A stretch of 64,000 nt of DNA, taken from assembly GCA_964612745.1 (NCBI GenBank), contig CAZTCH010000003.1:61931-125930 (forward strand), in the 5' to 3' direction. The position numbers and the translations under genes were made by a program. This stretch comes from an uncultured Candidatus Saccharibacteria bacterium. GTDB taxonomy: Bacteria > Patescibacteriota > Doudnabacteria > UBA920. Below, piece by piece: positions 44,151 through 54,306 of this stretch. Numbering within the stretch: position 1 is the stretch's first letter; every line of letters begins with the position of its first letter. The notes under the pieces are model-generated. The model had not been told where the DNA came from and did not search any database. It saw only the letters and a program-made list of their open reading frames with translations.

Positions 44151-44828
44151 ATGATTCGATTTGAAAATGTAGTGAAATATTACGGCAACACCAAGGCACT
44201 AGCCACGGTTAATTTAGATATTAACCATGGCGAGTTTGTTTCGGTTGTGGGCCTCTCTGGTGCAGGTAAGTCTACTTTGCTCAAGCTTATTACTGGCGAA
44301 GAGCGAGCAGACGAAGGGAAAGTGTATATTGACGACATAGACATTGCTGAAGTAAAAGTGTCTGACTTGCCCTACTTGCGCAGGAAGATTGGTATGGTCT
44401 TCCAAGACATTAAACTACTTCCTCGCAGAACAGCATTTGAAAATGTTGCTTTTGCTATGGAAGTGAGTGGTCACCGCAAAGATAGAATTGACCACGAAGT
44501 ACCCAAGATTTTAGAGCTGGTTGGGTTACTCCACAAGCGGCACAATTTCCCACACGAAATGTCTGGGGGAGAGCGCCAGCGAATTGCCATTGCGCGCAGT
44601 CTCGCACACCGTCCAGCGTTGCTTATGGCAGACGAGCCAACAGGCAACCTAGACGAAGTGAATGCAGCAGAAGTGCTGGATTTGCTACTCAAGATTAATA
44701 AACTTGGTACTACCGTTATCCTCGCAACGCACGCTGCAGATTTGGTAAACAAAATTCAGAAACGTGTTATTACAGTAGAAGGTGGGCGAGTGGTGTTAGA
44801 ACAAGAACGCGGCCGATATAAACTGTAG
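44151..44828 (+). CDS. ftsE: Cell division ATP-binding protein FtsE
   Basis: GLSGAGKST, PYLRRKIGMVFQD, SGGE, ADEPTGNLD. Confidence 0.93.
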   Translation: MIRFENVVKYYGNTKALATVNLDINHGEFVSVVGLSGAGKSTLLKLITGEERADEGKVYIDDIDIAEVKVSDLPYLRRKIGMVFQDIKLLPRRTAFENVAFAMEVSGHRKDRIDHEVPKILELVGLLHKRHNFPHEMSGGERQRIAIARSLAHRPALLMADEPTGNLDEVNAAEVLDLLLKINKLGTTVILATHAADLVNKIQKRVITVEGGRVVLEQERGRYKL

Positions 44829-44997
44829 AATTGCATATTGCAAATTGCATATTGCAAATTACGCATTGCGCATTACGAATTGTTTAATGTTAAGCATTCC
44901 GCATTCTCCTCTCTAGTCTTTACTATTTCTTCTGATTCTTCTAACTCTTCTATTTCTTCTTACTACTCTCTATTCTCTACCCTCTATTCTCTAATCT

Positions 44998-45918
44998 ATG
45001 TTTGACTCTGTAAGCTTTTTTCGAATAATAAAAACTGGGTTCGTCAACTTTTGGCGGAATATTTGGCTGTCTACCGCAGCTACCATGGTTATGACTATTA
45101 CCTTAGTCATATTCAGTATTTTGGGGTTGTTGTTTGGCGTTACGAAGTATTCTGTGGCAACTATTAAAGATAGGGTAGACATTAGTGTGTACTTTAACAC
45201 GGGTGTTGCAGAAAATATCGTTACCCAGTACAAGAAAGAGTTAGAGCAAAATCCAAAAATTAAAGAAGTAATTTATGTCTCTGCGGAAACTGCGTTGGCT
45301 AACTTTAAGCAAAAGCACGCAGGCGACCCGCTGGTACTTGATTCTTTGGCTGAGCTTGCAGAAAACCCACTCCCCGCTACGCTCCAAGTAAAAGCGACCA
45401 ACCTCGAAGACTATCCTGAACTGGCAAAAACGATACAAGAAGGACCACAGAAGGATCGGTTAAGCAAAATTAACTACGAAGACAACCGATTACTTATTGA
45501 ACGACTCAGCCGTATACTCCAGTATATTATTTACGGTGGGTTAGGGCTGGTGTTGGTCTTCTCTGTTATTGCTATTTTGGTAATATTCAATACCATTACC
45601 TTAACCATCTATAACCGCCGCGAAGAAGTAGAAATTATGCGTTTGGTAGGGGCAACGAACTGGTATATCCGCGGACCGTTTTTGGTGGAAGCGTTGCTCT
45701 ATTCTTTGTCTGCCACACTGATTACCGCAACATTGGTGTTGGTGCTCATGGCGCGGCTGAAAACGCAAGCGGGGATATTCTTAGGGGTAGGTGCTCTCGA
45801 TGGTGCAGCAAATCCGTTCTGGAGTGCTCCTGTCGTGGTGTTGGTGTTGTTTGTGGCTGCATTGGTGCTAAGTGTTATTTCCAGCATGTGGGCGATTCGC
45901 AGGTATTTAAAAGTCTAA
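44998..45918 (+). CDS. ftsX: Cell division permease FtsX
   Basis: ENPLPA, NTITLTIYNRREEVEIMRLVGA..YIRGPF. Confidence 0.93.
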   Translation: MFDSVSFFRIIKTGFVNFWRNIWLSTAATMVMTITLVIFSILGLLFGVTKYSVATIKDRVDISVYFNTGVAENIVTQYKKELEQNPKIKEVIYVSAETALANFKQKHAGDPLVLDSLAELAENPLPATLQVKATNLEDYPELAKTIQEGPQKDRLSKINYEDNRLLIERLSRILQYIIYGGLGLVLVFSVIAILVIFNTITLTIYNRREEVEIMRLVGATNWYIRGPFLVEALLYSLSATLITATLVLVLMARLKTQAGIFLGVGALDGAANPFWSAPVVVLVLFVAALVLSVISSMWAIRRYLKV

Positions 45919-46046
45919 TGTATACACTAATCATCCACCTTCGCCAAGGCTATGGCGGACAGGCGAATGCACATGCTTTTGCTGGTCCGACGAAACTTTA
46001 GTGAAGTCGGATGTCATTCATTGTTTAAGTGATTAGTGAAGTATTT

Positions 46047-46496
46047 ATGAAAGTATTATTCCTGAAAGATGTAAAGGGGCAGGGGAGAAAAGGTGAGTTG
46101 AGGGAAGTCAGCGATGGCTTTGCCCTCAATTTTTTAGTTAAACAAGGATTGGCTTCTGTGGCGAGCACGACTGTGCAAAAAACAGAGCAAGCCAAAGAGA
46201 AGGCAAAACAAGCAGAGCAAGAAAAGCGCGCGGTGCGTAACGCCGCTTCGGTGAAAGCTGTGCAAAAACATTCGTACGAACTATTTGCAACTACTACAGG
46301 GAATGGCAAGCTGTTTGGTGCGGTCTCTGCTGGAGCCGTAGCACAGCTTGTGGGTGATGTTGCTGGAGTAACTGTGTTACCGGAGATGGTGCAATTCCCT
46401 GAGCCGATTAAGCTTGTGGGAGAGCATCGTGTGGTGCTTGCATTCGACAAGCAACACCAAGCAACGGTAACCCTTGTGGTGCGTGAACGTAACTAA
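46047..46496 (+). CDS. rplI: 50S ribosomal protein L9
   Basis: [29 protein letters not shown]. Confidence 0.95.
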   Translation: MKVLFLKDVKGQGRKGELREVSDGFALNFLVKQGLASVASTTVQKTEQAKEKAKQAEQEKRAVRNAASVKAVQKHSYELFATTTGNGKLFGAVSAGAVAQLVGDVAGVTVLPEMVQFPEPIKLVGEHRVVLAFDKQHQATVTLVVRERN

Positions 46497-46505
46497 TACA
46501 GACGT

Positions 46506-48182
46506 ATGCAAAAGAAACAATCTGGCCTGAAGTTCATATTTATAGCAGGAGGTGTAATGTCTAGTGTGGGAAAGGGTGTCGCAGCTGCTTCGCTGTGTAC
46601 CTTGCTCCAGTCGCATGGAAGAAAAGTGACCGCAGTAAAGATTGACCCATACGTCAACGTAGACGCAGGCACCATGAACCCGACCGAGCACGGAGAAGTG
46701 TTTGTGTTGGACGATGGGACTGAGTGTGACCAAGACATGGGTAGCTACCAACGCTTTTTGGGTGTGCGCTTGTCCAAGACAAACTACATGACCACCGGGA
46801 GCATATACTTGTCGGTTATTACCAAAGAGCGAAATTTGGGATACCAAGGGCAGTGTGTAAACGTCGTCCCAGATATTCCGCTGGCAGTTATTGAACGGAT
46901 TCGCGCCGCTGCAGCAGAAGCAAAAGCAGATACGGTAGTAATAGAAATTGGTGGCACAGTAGGGGACTACCAGAATGTGCTGTTCTTGGAAGCGGTGCGT
47001 ATTTTGAAGTTTACCAACCCACAAGATGTGGTGTTGGGTTTGGTGAGTTTGGTTCCAGGGCTCGGATCTGGGGGTAACGAGTTAAAAACGAAACCAACGC
47101 AGCACGCTATAAAAAATTTAAATGCTATTGGCTTACAGCCAGATTTTGTGTTGGCGCGTGCCAAAGTGCCACTCGATGACAAGCGGAAAGAAAAGTTAGC
47201 TTTTACTTGTTCGCTTGATCCGAAAGGGATTATCTCTGCACCAGATGTTGGTTCTATTTATGATGTCCCGCTCAACTTTGAACGCGAAGGTTTGAGTGCG
47301 TTGGTGTTGCAAAAGTTAGGCATTGCCAATCGAAAAAAACCTGACCTCAAAGCTTGGAAATCTTTTGTTGGTGGTATTGCTGCGGCGCGTAAAGAAGTAA
47401 AAATTGCTGTAGTCGGTAAGTACTTTGGTACTGGTTCATTTGTGTTGCACGATTCCTACATCTCGGTTATTGAGTCTTTGAAGCATGCTGCATCTGCTGC
47501 ACAAGTAAAAGTGTCACTCGACTGGATATCCAGCACGGACATAGAAGAAAAAGGCGCGGCAAAAGTATTACACGGTCACGCAGGGATTGTGGTCCCTGGT
47601 GGTTTTGGGGGTAGGGGAACAGAAGGTATGATTCGCGCGATTGAGTATGCTCGAGTCAAAAAAGTGCCATACCTTGGGTTGTGTTACGGCATGCAAATGG
47701 CCACGATTGAGTTTGCTCGCCATGTGGCAAAACTGGCAGATGCAACCACGACCGAAATAAACCCAAAAGCGAAGCATCCGGTAATCCACATTATGCCTGA
47801 GCAGGAAAAGAAGCTCAAAAAGCTGGACTATGGTGCTAGTATGCGTTTGGGTGGCTGGGATTGCTTGCTACAGAGTGGAACGGTGGCTCACGAGGCGTAT
47901 ACAGCGTCTGGGTGGGTGCCAAAGAAGGCGGCAAAACCAATTATTCGCGAACGACACCGCCATCGGTACGAGTTCAATAACGAGTATCGTGAGCTGCTCG
48001 AGCGCAAGGGGTTGGTAGTTTCGGGAACCTCGCCAGATGGTGGGTTGGTAGAAATTGTAGAACTAGAGAACCATCCATTTTTTGTGGCAACACAGTTCCA
48101 CCCCGAGTTCTTGTCGTGGCCACTTCGACCACATCCGTTGTTTGCAAAGTTTGTGGCAACAGCAGCGAAGAGGAATAAGTAA
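46506..48182 (+). CDS. pyrG: CTP synthase
   Basis: GGVMSSVGKG, DPYVNVDAGTM, KTKPTQH, GLCYGMQ, ERHRHRYE, QFHPE. Confidence 0.97.
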   Translation: MQKKQSGLKFIFIAGGVMSSVGKGVAAASLCTLLQSHGRKVTAVKIDPYVNVDAGTMNPTEHGEVFVLDDGTECDQDMGSYQRFLGVRLSKTNYMTTGSIYLSVITKERNLGYQGQCVNVVPDIPLAVIERIRAAAAEAKADTVVIEIGGTVGDYQNVLFLEAVRILKFTNPQDVVLGLVSLVPGLGSGGNELKTKPTQHAIKNLNAIGLQPDFVLARAKVPLDDKRKEKLAFTCSLDPKGIISAPDVGSIYDVPLNFEREGLSALVLQKLGIANRKKPDLKAWKSFVGGIAAARKEVKIAVVGKYFGTGSFVLHDSYISVIESLKHAASAAQVKVSLDWISSTDIEEKGAAKVLHGHAGIVVPGGFGGRGTEGMIRAIEYARVKKVPYLGLCYGMQMATIEFARHVAKLADATTTEINPKAKHPVIHIMPEQEKKLKKLDYGASMRLGGWDCLLQSGTVAHEAYTASGWVPKKAAKPIIRERHRHRYEFNNEYRELLERKGLVVSGTSPDGGLVEIVELENHPFFVATQFHPEFLSWPLRPHPLFAKFVATAAKRNK

Positions 48183-48218
48183 CGAGTTGCTAGTAACTAG
48201 TTGCGAGAAAAAGAAGAA

Positions 48219-48433
48219 AATACAAATCACAAAAATCAAATCACAAATAAGCACCAATGTATCAATGTTCGAAATAAGAACAAGTATTAGTTTGGATTTT
48301 GAGGGTTGGAATTTATTTGTTATTTCGTGCTTGTGATTTGGAATTTCGTCTTGCTACAACCTAACTCCTAATTCCTAATTCCTTCTTACTACTCTCTATC
48401 CTCCACCCTCTACTCTCTGTCTTCTATTCTCTT
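48219..48433. repeat. Composite low-complexity inverted-repeat element (MITE-like)
   Basis: caaatcacaaaaatcaaat...gtgatttggaattt plus cctaact/ctctct tract; homologous in reverse to 57213-57378 and 50541-50640. Confidence 0.7.
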
Positions 48434-48439
48434 GTAACA

Positions 48440-48466
48440 AAAAACTCCCACGAGGGAGTTTTTTTA
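48440..48466. terminator. Bidirectional terminator
   Basis: aaaaaactccc-acga-gggagtttttt. Confidence 0.75.
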
Positions 48467-48470
48467 TGAG

Positions 48471-48752
48471 CTAGCTTGCTGGTTCTACGTTTATGATTCT
48501 GGTTTTCTTGAGTCCACCATGGAAGCGGCGAACAAGTTTCTTTTGGAATTTTACAATTCCGTCGATCACAGAGTACAAAGTAGAATCACCACCAACTTTT
48601 ACGTTGTTGCCAGGATGGAATTTGGTACCATGCTGACGGACAATGATTTCGCCTTTTTTGACACGTTGGTCGCCAAAGATTTTAACGCCAAGGCGTTTTG
48701 ATACGGAATCACGTCCCAGGGCGGTACTACCGCCAGCTTTTTTATGTGCCAT
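48471..48752 (-). CDS. rpmA: 50S ribosomal protein L27
   Basis: [27 protein letters not shown]. Confidence 0.97.
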   Translation of the reverse strand: MAHKKAGGSTALGRDSVSKRLGVKIFGDQRVKKGEIIVRQHGTKFHPGNNVKVGGDSTLYSVIDGIVKFQKKLVRRFHGGLKKTRIINVEPAS

Positions 48753-48825
48753 ACAAGTTTAGTACTTAAGATGATTAGTGCTTTGTACCTAGTAGGGTTT
48801 TGGAGGTGTCCGTCCACGCTACTAA

Positions 48826-50112
48826 TTACTGCTTTTCAAAAATGATAATTTCCCTTGCTACTATTTGGTCTTTGCGGTCATAGATTGCTGTATTTCGTGG
48901 GGTTAACCGTAAAAAGGGCATATCTAAGGCAATTTCCTGAGGGATAACACTTGTAATATTATACCCATTCGCCAAAGCGAAGTCAAGAGTGGGGAAGAGG
49001 GTATATTCATCTGGTCCAAGCTTGTACGCAGGGACACAAATGACCACTTTTCCTTTGTCTTTTAGGTATGTCCGCATGTCGGCAAACACCTTGGTGTACA
49101 GCGCTGCTAAGTCTTTAAAGTTTTGGTTAATCTGGTCAGGGGAGGGGATTTTGCCGTAAATTGGTCCGAGTGTCCCTTCGGTGACCACAGCGCTAATCTT
49201 GTCTATAGCTTTTATGCTCACCAGGTGGGAGACAAGCGTGCTCGCGGAAGTTGCATCTGCGACTTCGACGTGGTATTTACCTTTCGGAATTTTGTACCGG
49301 TTGCGGAACCACTCAAGGTTTTTCTCACTACCACTAATAGCGAGCTTGTCTATGTCTGAACCGACTGTTCGAAATCCAAGTAGTGTACCTTCTTGCACAA
49401 ACGTCCCAATGCCACAGAATGGGTCCAAAATAGTTTCGCCGGCTTTCGCTCCAGATAAGTTAAGCATGGTCTGGGCTACTTTGGGAGGGATCATGCCACG
49501 GACATCGTCGCGAATTGGGCGTTGGTAGTCACGTCTGCCATAGTCTTCGAAATCTTGTACGACTAAGGTTTTGCCTATGTAGACTTTGTCGTGATCGGCG
49601 AGCACGCAAATCTCTGCCCCTTTTACCGTAAGCTGGTTATGGGTGACTACCACCGAGGCAAGAGCGAGCGAGTTAAACTCTGGAATTACAAGACGGATAC
49701 TGCTGCCACTGTCTTGCATGGCGCGCTTTATAAACATGCCCAAGCGCTTCGGTTCGCCAAACGCCTTCACTGCCATATCGAGGAGGTATATACTAATACC
49801 AAATTGTATCTTGCCGGATGTATTCTTGAGGTACTCCGATTTTATCTTGCTTGGTTTGAAATAGTTCTGCAGTGCAAAGTTAATAGAGTCTTGTTCTCGT
49901 TTCTTAACGACGTCTATTATGCGAACCACTTTAATAATGCCCCCGAGCCGCTTCTGTACAAGTTCTGCGTCTATGCTTTTTTCCGTTTCTATAATTAACA
50001 CTTCCGGAGAAGCTGCAACCAACGTCCATGAAATGCCAAGGGCGGGGAGAGTCGCAGCGAGCTCCGCGAGGGATAGGGTATACACTCTACCTAAGACAAA
50101 TGCGTATGTCAT
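48826..50112 (-). CDS. Trm11/THUMP-like SAM-dependent RNA methyltransferase
   Basis: RDYQRP.RD...GMIPPKVAQ, LDPFCGIGT, GSDID. Confidence 0.75.
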   Translation of the reverse strand: MTYAFVLGRVYTLSLAELAATLPALGISWTLVAASPEVLIIETEKSIDAELVQKRLGGIIKVVRIIDVVKKREQDSINFALQNYFKPSKIKSEYLKNTSGKIQFGISIYLLDMAVKAFGEPKRLGMFIKRAMQDSGSSIRLVIPEFNSLALASVVVTHNQLTVKGAEICVLADHDKVYIGKTLVVQDFEDYGRRDYQRPIRDDVRGMIPPKVAQTMLNLSGAKAGETILDPFCGIGTFVQEGTLLGFRTVGSDIDKLAISGSEKNLEWFRNRYKIPKGKYHVEVADATSASTLVSHLVSIKAIDKISAVVTEGTLGPIYGKIPSPDQINQNFKDLAALYTKVFADMRTYLKDKGKVVICVPAYKLGPDEYTLFPTLDFALANGYNITSVIPQEIALDMPFLRLTPRNTAIYDRKDQIVAREIIIFEKQ

Positions 50113-50537
50113 ACGAAAAATTCAAAAGCTTTTTAGCTGAACACAAAAATGAGTTGCGGTTGCTAGCTTGTTTTGTAGTTGTGTACTTTGCTGGTGTAGG
50201 TACCGGTAAAGCGATACAGCCACCCAGAAAAGCAGCACAGCAAGCTAATATGCTCAATTATACCACAAATAAACCGACTCCAACGCAAGCAGTAAAGGCA
50301 CAAGAAGTGCCTGCTGTAGCTACTCCAGAACCAACGGTGCTTGTGCAAACACAAACAGAGCCCACACAGCCGACACCGACCCCTTCGGGCGCCTGTCTTA
50401 TTAAAGGCAATATAGCGTCGAGCGGTAAAATCTACCACGTGCAAGGTGGGAGCTTTTATGCACGGGTCAAACCAGAGCAATGCTTTACCACAGAAGCAGA
50501 AGCAGTTGCGGCGGGGTTTCGGAAGTCGAAGAATTAA
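50106..50537 (+). CDS. Membrane-anchored protein with a small C-terminal Ada-like/thermonuclease-associated domain
   Basis: TM, Pro/Thr linker, CLIKGNI...KIYH..G..Y...EQCF.TEAEAVAAGFR. Confidence 0.7.
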   Translation: MSYEKFKSFLAEHKNELRLLACFVVVYFAGVGTGKAIQPPRKAAQQANMLNYTTNKPTPTQAVKAQEVPAVATPEPTVLVQTQTEPTQPTPTPSGACLIKGNIASSGKIYHVQGGSFYARVKPEQCFTTEAEAVAAGFRKSKN

Positions 50538-50721
50538 AATAAGAGAATAGAGAGTAGAGGATAGAGAATAGTAAGCAGGAATTAGGAGTTAGGAGTTAGG
50601 TTGTCGTTCGACCCTGAGCTCACGGCCGAAGGGTAGCAAAACAAGAGAGTCGTCACGTCTTAAGGTCTTAATGTCTTCAACTACAGAAAAATGAAAGTAT
50701 ATAAATTAAATCATTAAACAA

Positions 50722-51351
50722 ATGAAAAATAATTCTTGGACTATTGAAGATATAAAGTCGGGGATTGAACGATTTATTATAGAGTATGGACGTCCACCAA
50801 AAGCGCGTGAATGGGATAAGGTAGAGTACCTTCCATCAGCACGAACAGTACAAAGAACGTATGGTGGGTTAGAAAGACTACGCTCTGAGTTAGGCTATCA
50901 AGACCATCACTACGGTAAAGGTGCTTATAGGTCATCTATAGCTGCTACCGTGAATGTTCGTGGCGCTCAGGGGGAGGCCTTCATTAAAAATAGTTTAATT
51001 GAGATATTTGGTGAAGAGTTTGTTCATGAGCAAAAAATGCTTATCAGAAACTCTAAAAAACGCATAGACTTCTACGTATATTCTCCAGAAGGCAATTTTG
51101 CAGTCGATGTTTTCTCGTGTGAGACAATGCATGACTTTACAGGAAACGTAAACCATAAACTCTCAGTCTACGAAGCTTATGAAGGGGAGCTATACTTTGT
51201 TCTTATTAGCAGGGCTATTACTGGGTTAGAAATTACTAGCGCATTAAACTCCAAAAAGAAACAAGTAAAACAAACTACACACATTGTTACAGACAGCGAA
51301 TTCTTAAGCGGGCTTAAGGGGAAGCGTAGGTATCTGGCAGTGGTAGAGTAG
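50722..51351 (+). CDS. Homing-endonuclease-associated repeat plus PD-(D/E)XK-like nuclease
   Basis: F..EYGRPP......LPSARTVQRTYGG; RIDFYV...FAVDVF. Confidence 0.6.
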   Translation: MKNNSWTIEDIKSGIERFIIEYGRPPKAREWDKVEYLPSARTVQRTYGGLERLRSELGYQDHHYGKGAYRSSIAATVNVRGAQGEAFIKNSLIEIFGEEFVHEQKMLIRNSKKRIDFYVYSPEGNFAVDVFSCETMHDFTGNVNHKLSVYEAYEGELYFVLISRAITGLEITSALNSKKKQVKQTTHIVTDSEFLSGLKGKRRYLAVVE

Positions 51352-51763
51352 CTTGGAATCGTATATACAGCGTGTCGTACATTGTATCTTGTACGACACA
51401 GTATAGTATATTGAACTGGAATATGGCTTCGGATTCCTATATCTCTTTATCTGTAATCCTCATACTATGTCGCATTGTCTCTGTTTGGGTATTTGTTGTT
51501 CTATGTTTCTCTGTTTATATGCTTTATGTTGTTTTAACCACTCCTCCGTGTTTATCCAATCCCTACTCTAAGAGGTCCGGTCGTCAATTATTAAAAGTAT
51601 ACCTTACTCAGGTATAGTTCCTCTCTAAATGTATGCGTGGAGACATGTGGTCATTTAGGTCATATGGCATGTGTGCAAGTTACGTAGTGTCTACTTTGCT
51701 GTATACAAGCAGTCAAAAAACTTCCGACTACTACTAGTCGGAAGTTTGTATCTGGAAATTTAA

Positions 51764-52648
51764 TTACTGTCTGTTTGAAATTGGTAATATTGGTGCTGTG
51801 CAATTTTCGATTCCTACATCAACGTGTACGTGAAATGTTTGGTTTGCATCTGAACCTGGATTAACGCGCAAACCTAATTTCTTTGCTGCCTCAATTACTG
51901 CTTTGCCTGTTGGGTGGTTTACGTAGTAGTCATCTCCTCCAGCAAAATCTACAGCGCAGCCTCTGTTGTGTAAGGAGCCAGGTTTAGAAATATGCCCTGT
52001 ACTTATTGAAGATATTGCTGCTGTTATACCTTTTGACTTTACCTCAGCGCATAGTGCCTGTACAGCTTGGAATAAGGCTTCGGTCATATATGGCACGTAG
52101 TTCGCTTTGTTGCCTTGAAAGCTGCATTGTAATTCGCTGGACTTGTGTCCTGATGGTCCGGAATTGTTACCAGTCACTCCTTGTCCTCCGATATTGCCAG
52201 ATTGTCCACCCGCATTAAAATCCCAGTCGTCATCAAACATGTGACCGTCTACTTTCCACTTCTCGAAAGCGATTTGATTCGGGGTGATGTTTTTAATTGT
52301 AAGCAGACTTGGGTTGATTTGGCGGAGTAGGACAAATCCAACCAAAAGTACTGCGATGCCAATGAGTGAAGAACTGATAAAGCTTTTTGCAGTACCAACC
52401 CTCTTCTCATTCCCACCCGAAAAGATGTACATGTACCCGCCAATCATAATCATTATCACAGCGGCGATACTGCAAATAACAAGTGCGTATTTATAGAGTT
52501 GGTTAACACAGGTAAATAAACCATTCGCGCCTGTCTCAGAAGGTCTACAAGGGATATCGACTGCTGCAGCTTGCGCAGTCAGTGGGATAAGTACCAGTAG
52601 GGCTGCCAGGGCAAAGGTGTATAGATATTTTACAATTTGTTTTTGCAT
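51764..52648 (-). CDS. VirB2-like pilin domain fused to an M15-like Zn peptidase domain
   Basis: Signal peptide; GGYMYIFSGG...AKS.I...LIG..INP pilin; SLHNRGCAVD...HVH. Confidence 0.75.
   Translation of the reverse strand: MQKQIVKYLYTFALAALLVLIPLTAQAAAVDIPCRPSETGANGLFTCVNQLYKYALVICSIAAVIMIMIGGYMYIFSGGNEKRVGTAKSFISSSLIGIAVLLVGFVLLRQINPSLLTIKNITPNQIAFEKWKVDGHMFDDDWDFNAGGQSGNIGGQGVTGNNSGPSGHKSSELQCSFQGNKANYVPYMTEALFQAVQALCAEVKSKGITAAISSISTGHISKPGSLHNRGCAVDFAGGDDYYVNHPTGKAVIEAAKKLGLRVNPGSDANQTFHVHVDVGIENCTAPILPISNRQ
52256..52591. repeat. 336-bp direct repeat, copy A (pilin module)
   Basis: Identical by eye to 53874-54209. Confidence 0.92.
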
Positions 52649-52663
52649 AGAGAATCCACAAAA

Positions 52664-53281
52664 TTATTGAATTGTGCTGATGTAGAAATCATTGAGTGAC
52701 AAAGCGCCGTCACTTTCAGTGAGAACCTCTACTTCAATCTGTGTTCTACCAGCCAGAGTTCCCGCATCCTCGCTAGTGCTAATGTCGTACAAACTGGCTT
52801 CAAAAGTAAATATGTATACCGAAGCAGTGCCCGGCTTTTTAAAGAGTCCGATTGGCCTTGTTCCGTCTACTACTCCATATTGGCTAGCACGTGATGAGCT
52901 CTTAATTTGCTGCTCTAAGTCAAAAATTTTGGCCACAGCTTGAGGGGTCGAATACCGTACAAGCGGTGCAGTATCTAGATCTCTATTGGTATATGAAAGC
53001 AGTAGCCCCGCAACATTTCCACTAAAGTTTAACATTGCGTTCTTAGCTGTTACGCTTAAAGTATTTTCTGACGATTTAATAAAATTAATGTTTGGTAAAA
53101 ACTCGGGTAGTGGTGAGCTGGTTTTAATAGCAGCTTGTTCACTGGAAATACCTTGAGTTGATATGGGTTGCGCATTTTGCTCTGGGTTAGTGCCAGAGCT
53201 CCAGATGTATAGCAGTACTAGGATACCCACTAATGCAATCGCTATACTAACGCCGATAATTATTTTATTTTTATTTGACAT
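52664..53281 (-). CDS. Single-TM exported hypothetical protein between the pilin fusions
   Basis: MSNKNK + TM; no recognised domain. Confidence 0.65.
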   Translation of the reverse strand: MSNKNKIIIGVSIAIALVGILVLLYIWSSGTNPEQNAQPISTQGISSEQAAIKTSSPLPEFLPNINFIKSSENTLSVTAKNAMLNFSGNVAGLLLSYTNRDLDTAPLVRYSTPQAVAKIFDLEQQIKSSSRASQYGVVDGTRPIGLFKKPGTASVYIFTFEASLYDISTSEDAGTLAGRTQIEVEVLTESDGALSLNDFYISTIQ

Positions 53282-53303
53282 AAAATACTTACTTAATGCT
53301 TAA

Positions 53304-54278
53304 TTAGTTACCAGAACTGGCTTTACAAGTATTATAGTAGCGCATTATAGTCTTTGCGTATTCGCTGTTAACTCCCCCACCATTGTACTCGCCGTATGCT
53401 CTTTGTAAATCTCCGTTATGTTTCTGCAATAAAACTCTCATGAATTTAGCGCTCAATCTCACGTTGTGCTCTGGGTTTAGTAAGTCTGTGATTGTATGCC
53501 ATGAATTTAACAATTTTCGGCTGGGGGTAGATGGGTCTTTCCACCCACTGTCTCTATTGATTGGGAAAATTGTAATTTGTGCCATGCCGATTCCGTGGGA
53601 GTGCTTCCAATCAAGCCCATATAATGGTGGTGCATTTTTGTTAAAACTTTCGCTCGTTGTTTTACCGCCATCGTGCCCTATTGCTTCTGGATTCCCCCCA
53701 GATGATTCCTTGTCTAGTATTGCTTGTAGTATGCACGGATCTAAGTTAGTTTCTTGTGCTATCTTATTGAGTAACTCTGTCCACTGACCTTTTTTTATCG
53801 GGCTGCCACCAGTATATGTTGTGCCTGGAGTTGTTCCGGACCATGGAGTATTAATAATACTCCCATCTATTTCCCACTTCTCGAAAGCGATTTGATTCGG
53901 GGTGATGTTTTTAATTGTAAGCAGACTTGGGTTGATTTGGCGGAGTAGGACAAATCCAACCAAAAGTACTGCGATGCCAATGAGTGAAGAACTGATAAAG
54001 CTTTTTGCAGTACCAACCCTCTTCTCATTCCCACCCGAAAAGATGTACATGTACCCGCCAATCATAATCATTATCACAGCGGCGATACTGCAAATAACAA
54101 GTGCGTATTTATAGAGTTGGTTAACACAGGTAAATAAACCATTCGCGCCTGTCTCAGAAGGTCTACAAGGGATATCGACTGCTGCAGCTTGCGCAGTCAG
54201 TGGGATAAGCACTAACAGGGCTGCGAACGACAGCGCGTACAAGAACTTTATGAGTGGGTGTTTGAAAGCGGCGTGCAT
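53304..54278 (-). CDS. VirB2-like pilin domain fused to a lytic transglycosylase (SLT) domain
   Basis: Same pilin N-terminus; AILDKESSGG, GMAQI, NPEHNV, YNGG. Confidence 0.8.
   Translation of the reverse strand: MHAAFKHPLIKFLYALSFAALLVLIPLTAQAAAVDIPCRPSETGANGLFTCVNQLYKYALVICSIAAVIMIMIGGYMYIFSGGNEKRVGTAKSFISSSLIGIAVLLVGFVLLRQINPSLLTIKNITPNQIAFEKWEIDGSIINTPWSGTTPGTTYTGGSPIKKGQWTELLNKIAQETNLDPCILQAILDKESSGGNPEAIGHDGGKTTSESFNKNAPPLYGLDWKHSHGIGMAQITIFPINRDSGWKDPSTPSRKLLNSWHTITDLLNPEHNVRLSAKFMRVLLQKHNGDLQRAYGEYNGGGVNSEYAKTIMRYYNTCKASSGN
53874..54209. repeat. 336-bp direct repeat, copy B (pilin module)
   Basis: Identical by eye to 52256-52591. Confidence 0.92.
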
Positions 54279-54306
54279 AGACGTTTATTTTTTCTACTGT
54301 TTGTTT

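Noticed and set aside
51372-51617. 81-aa ORF
   Set aside because: Low-complexity T-rich sequence, GTG start inside a hairpin, no recognisable motif
51764-54278. Diversity-generating retroelement TR/VR pair
   Set aside because: The repeat copies are identical, with no adenine-specific mismatches; they cover the N-terminus, and no reverse transcriptase is present
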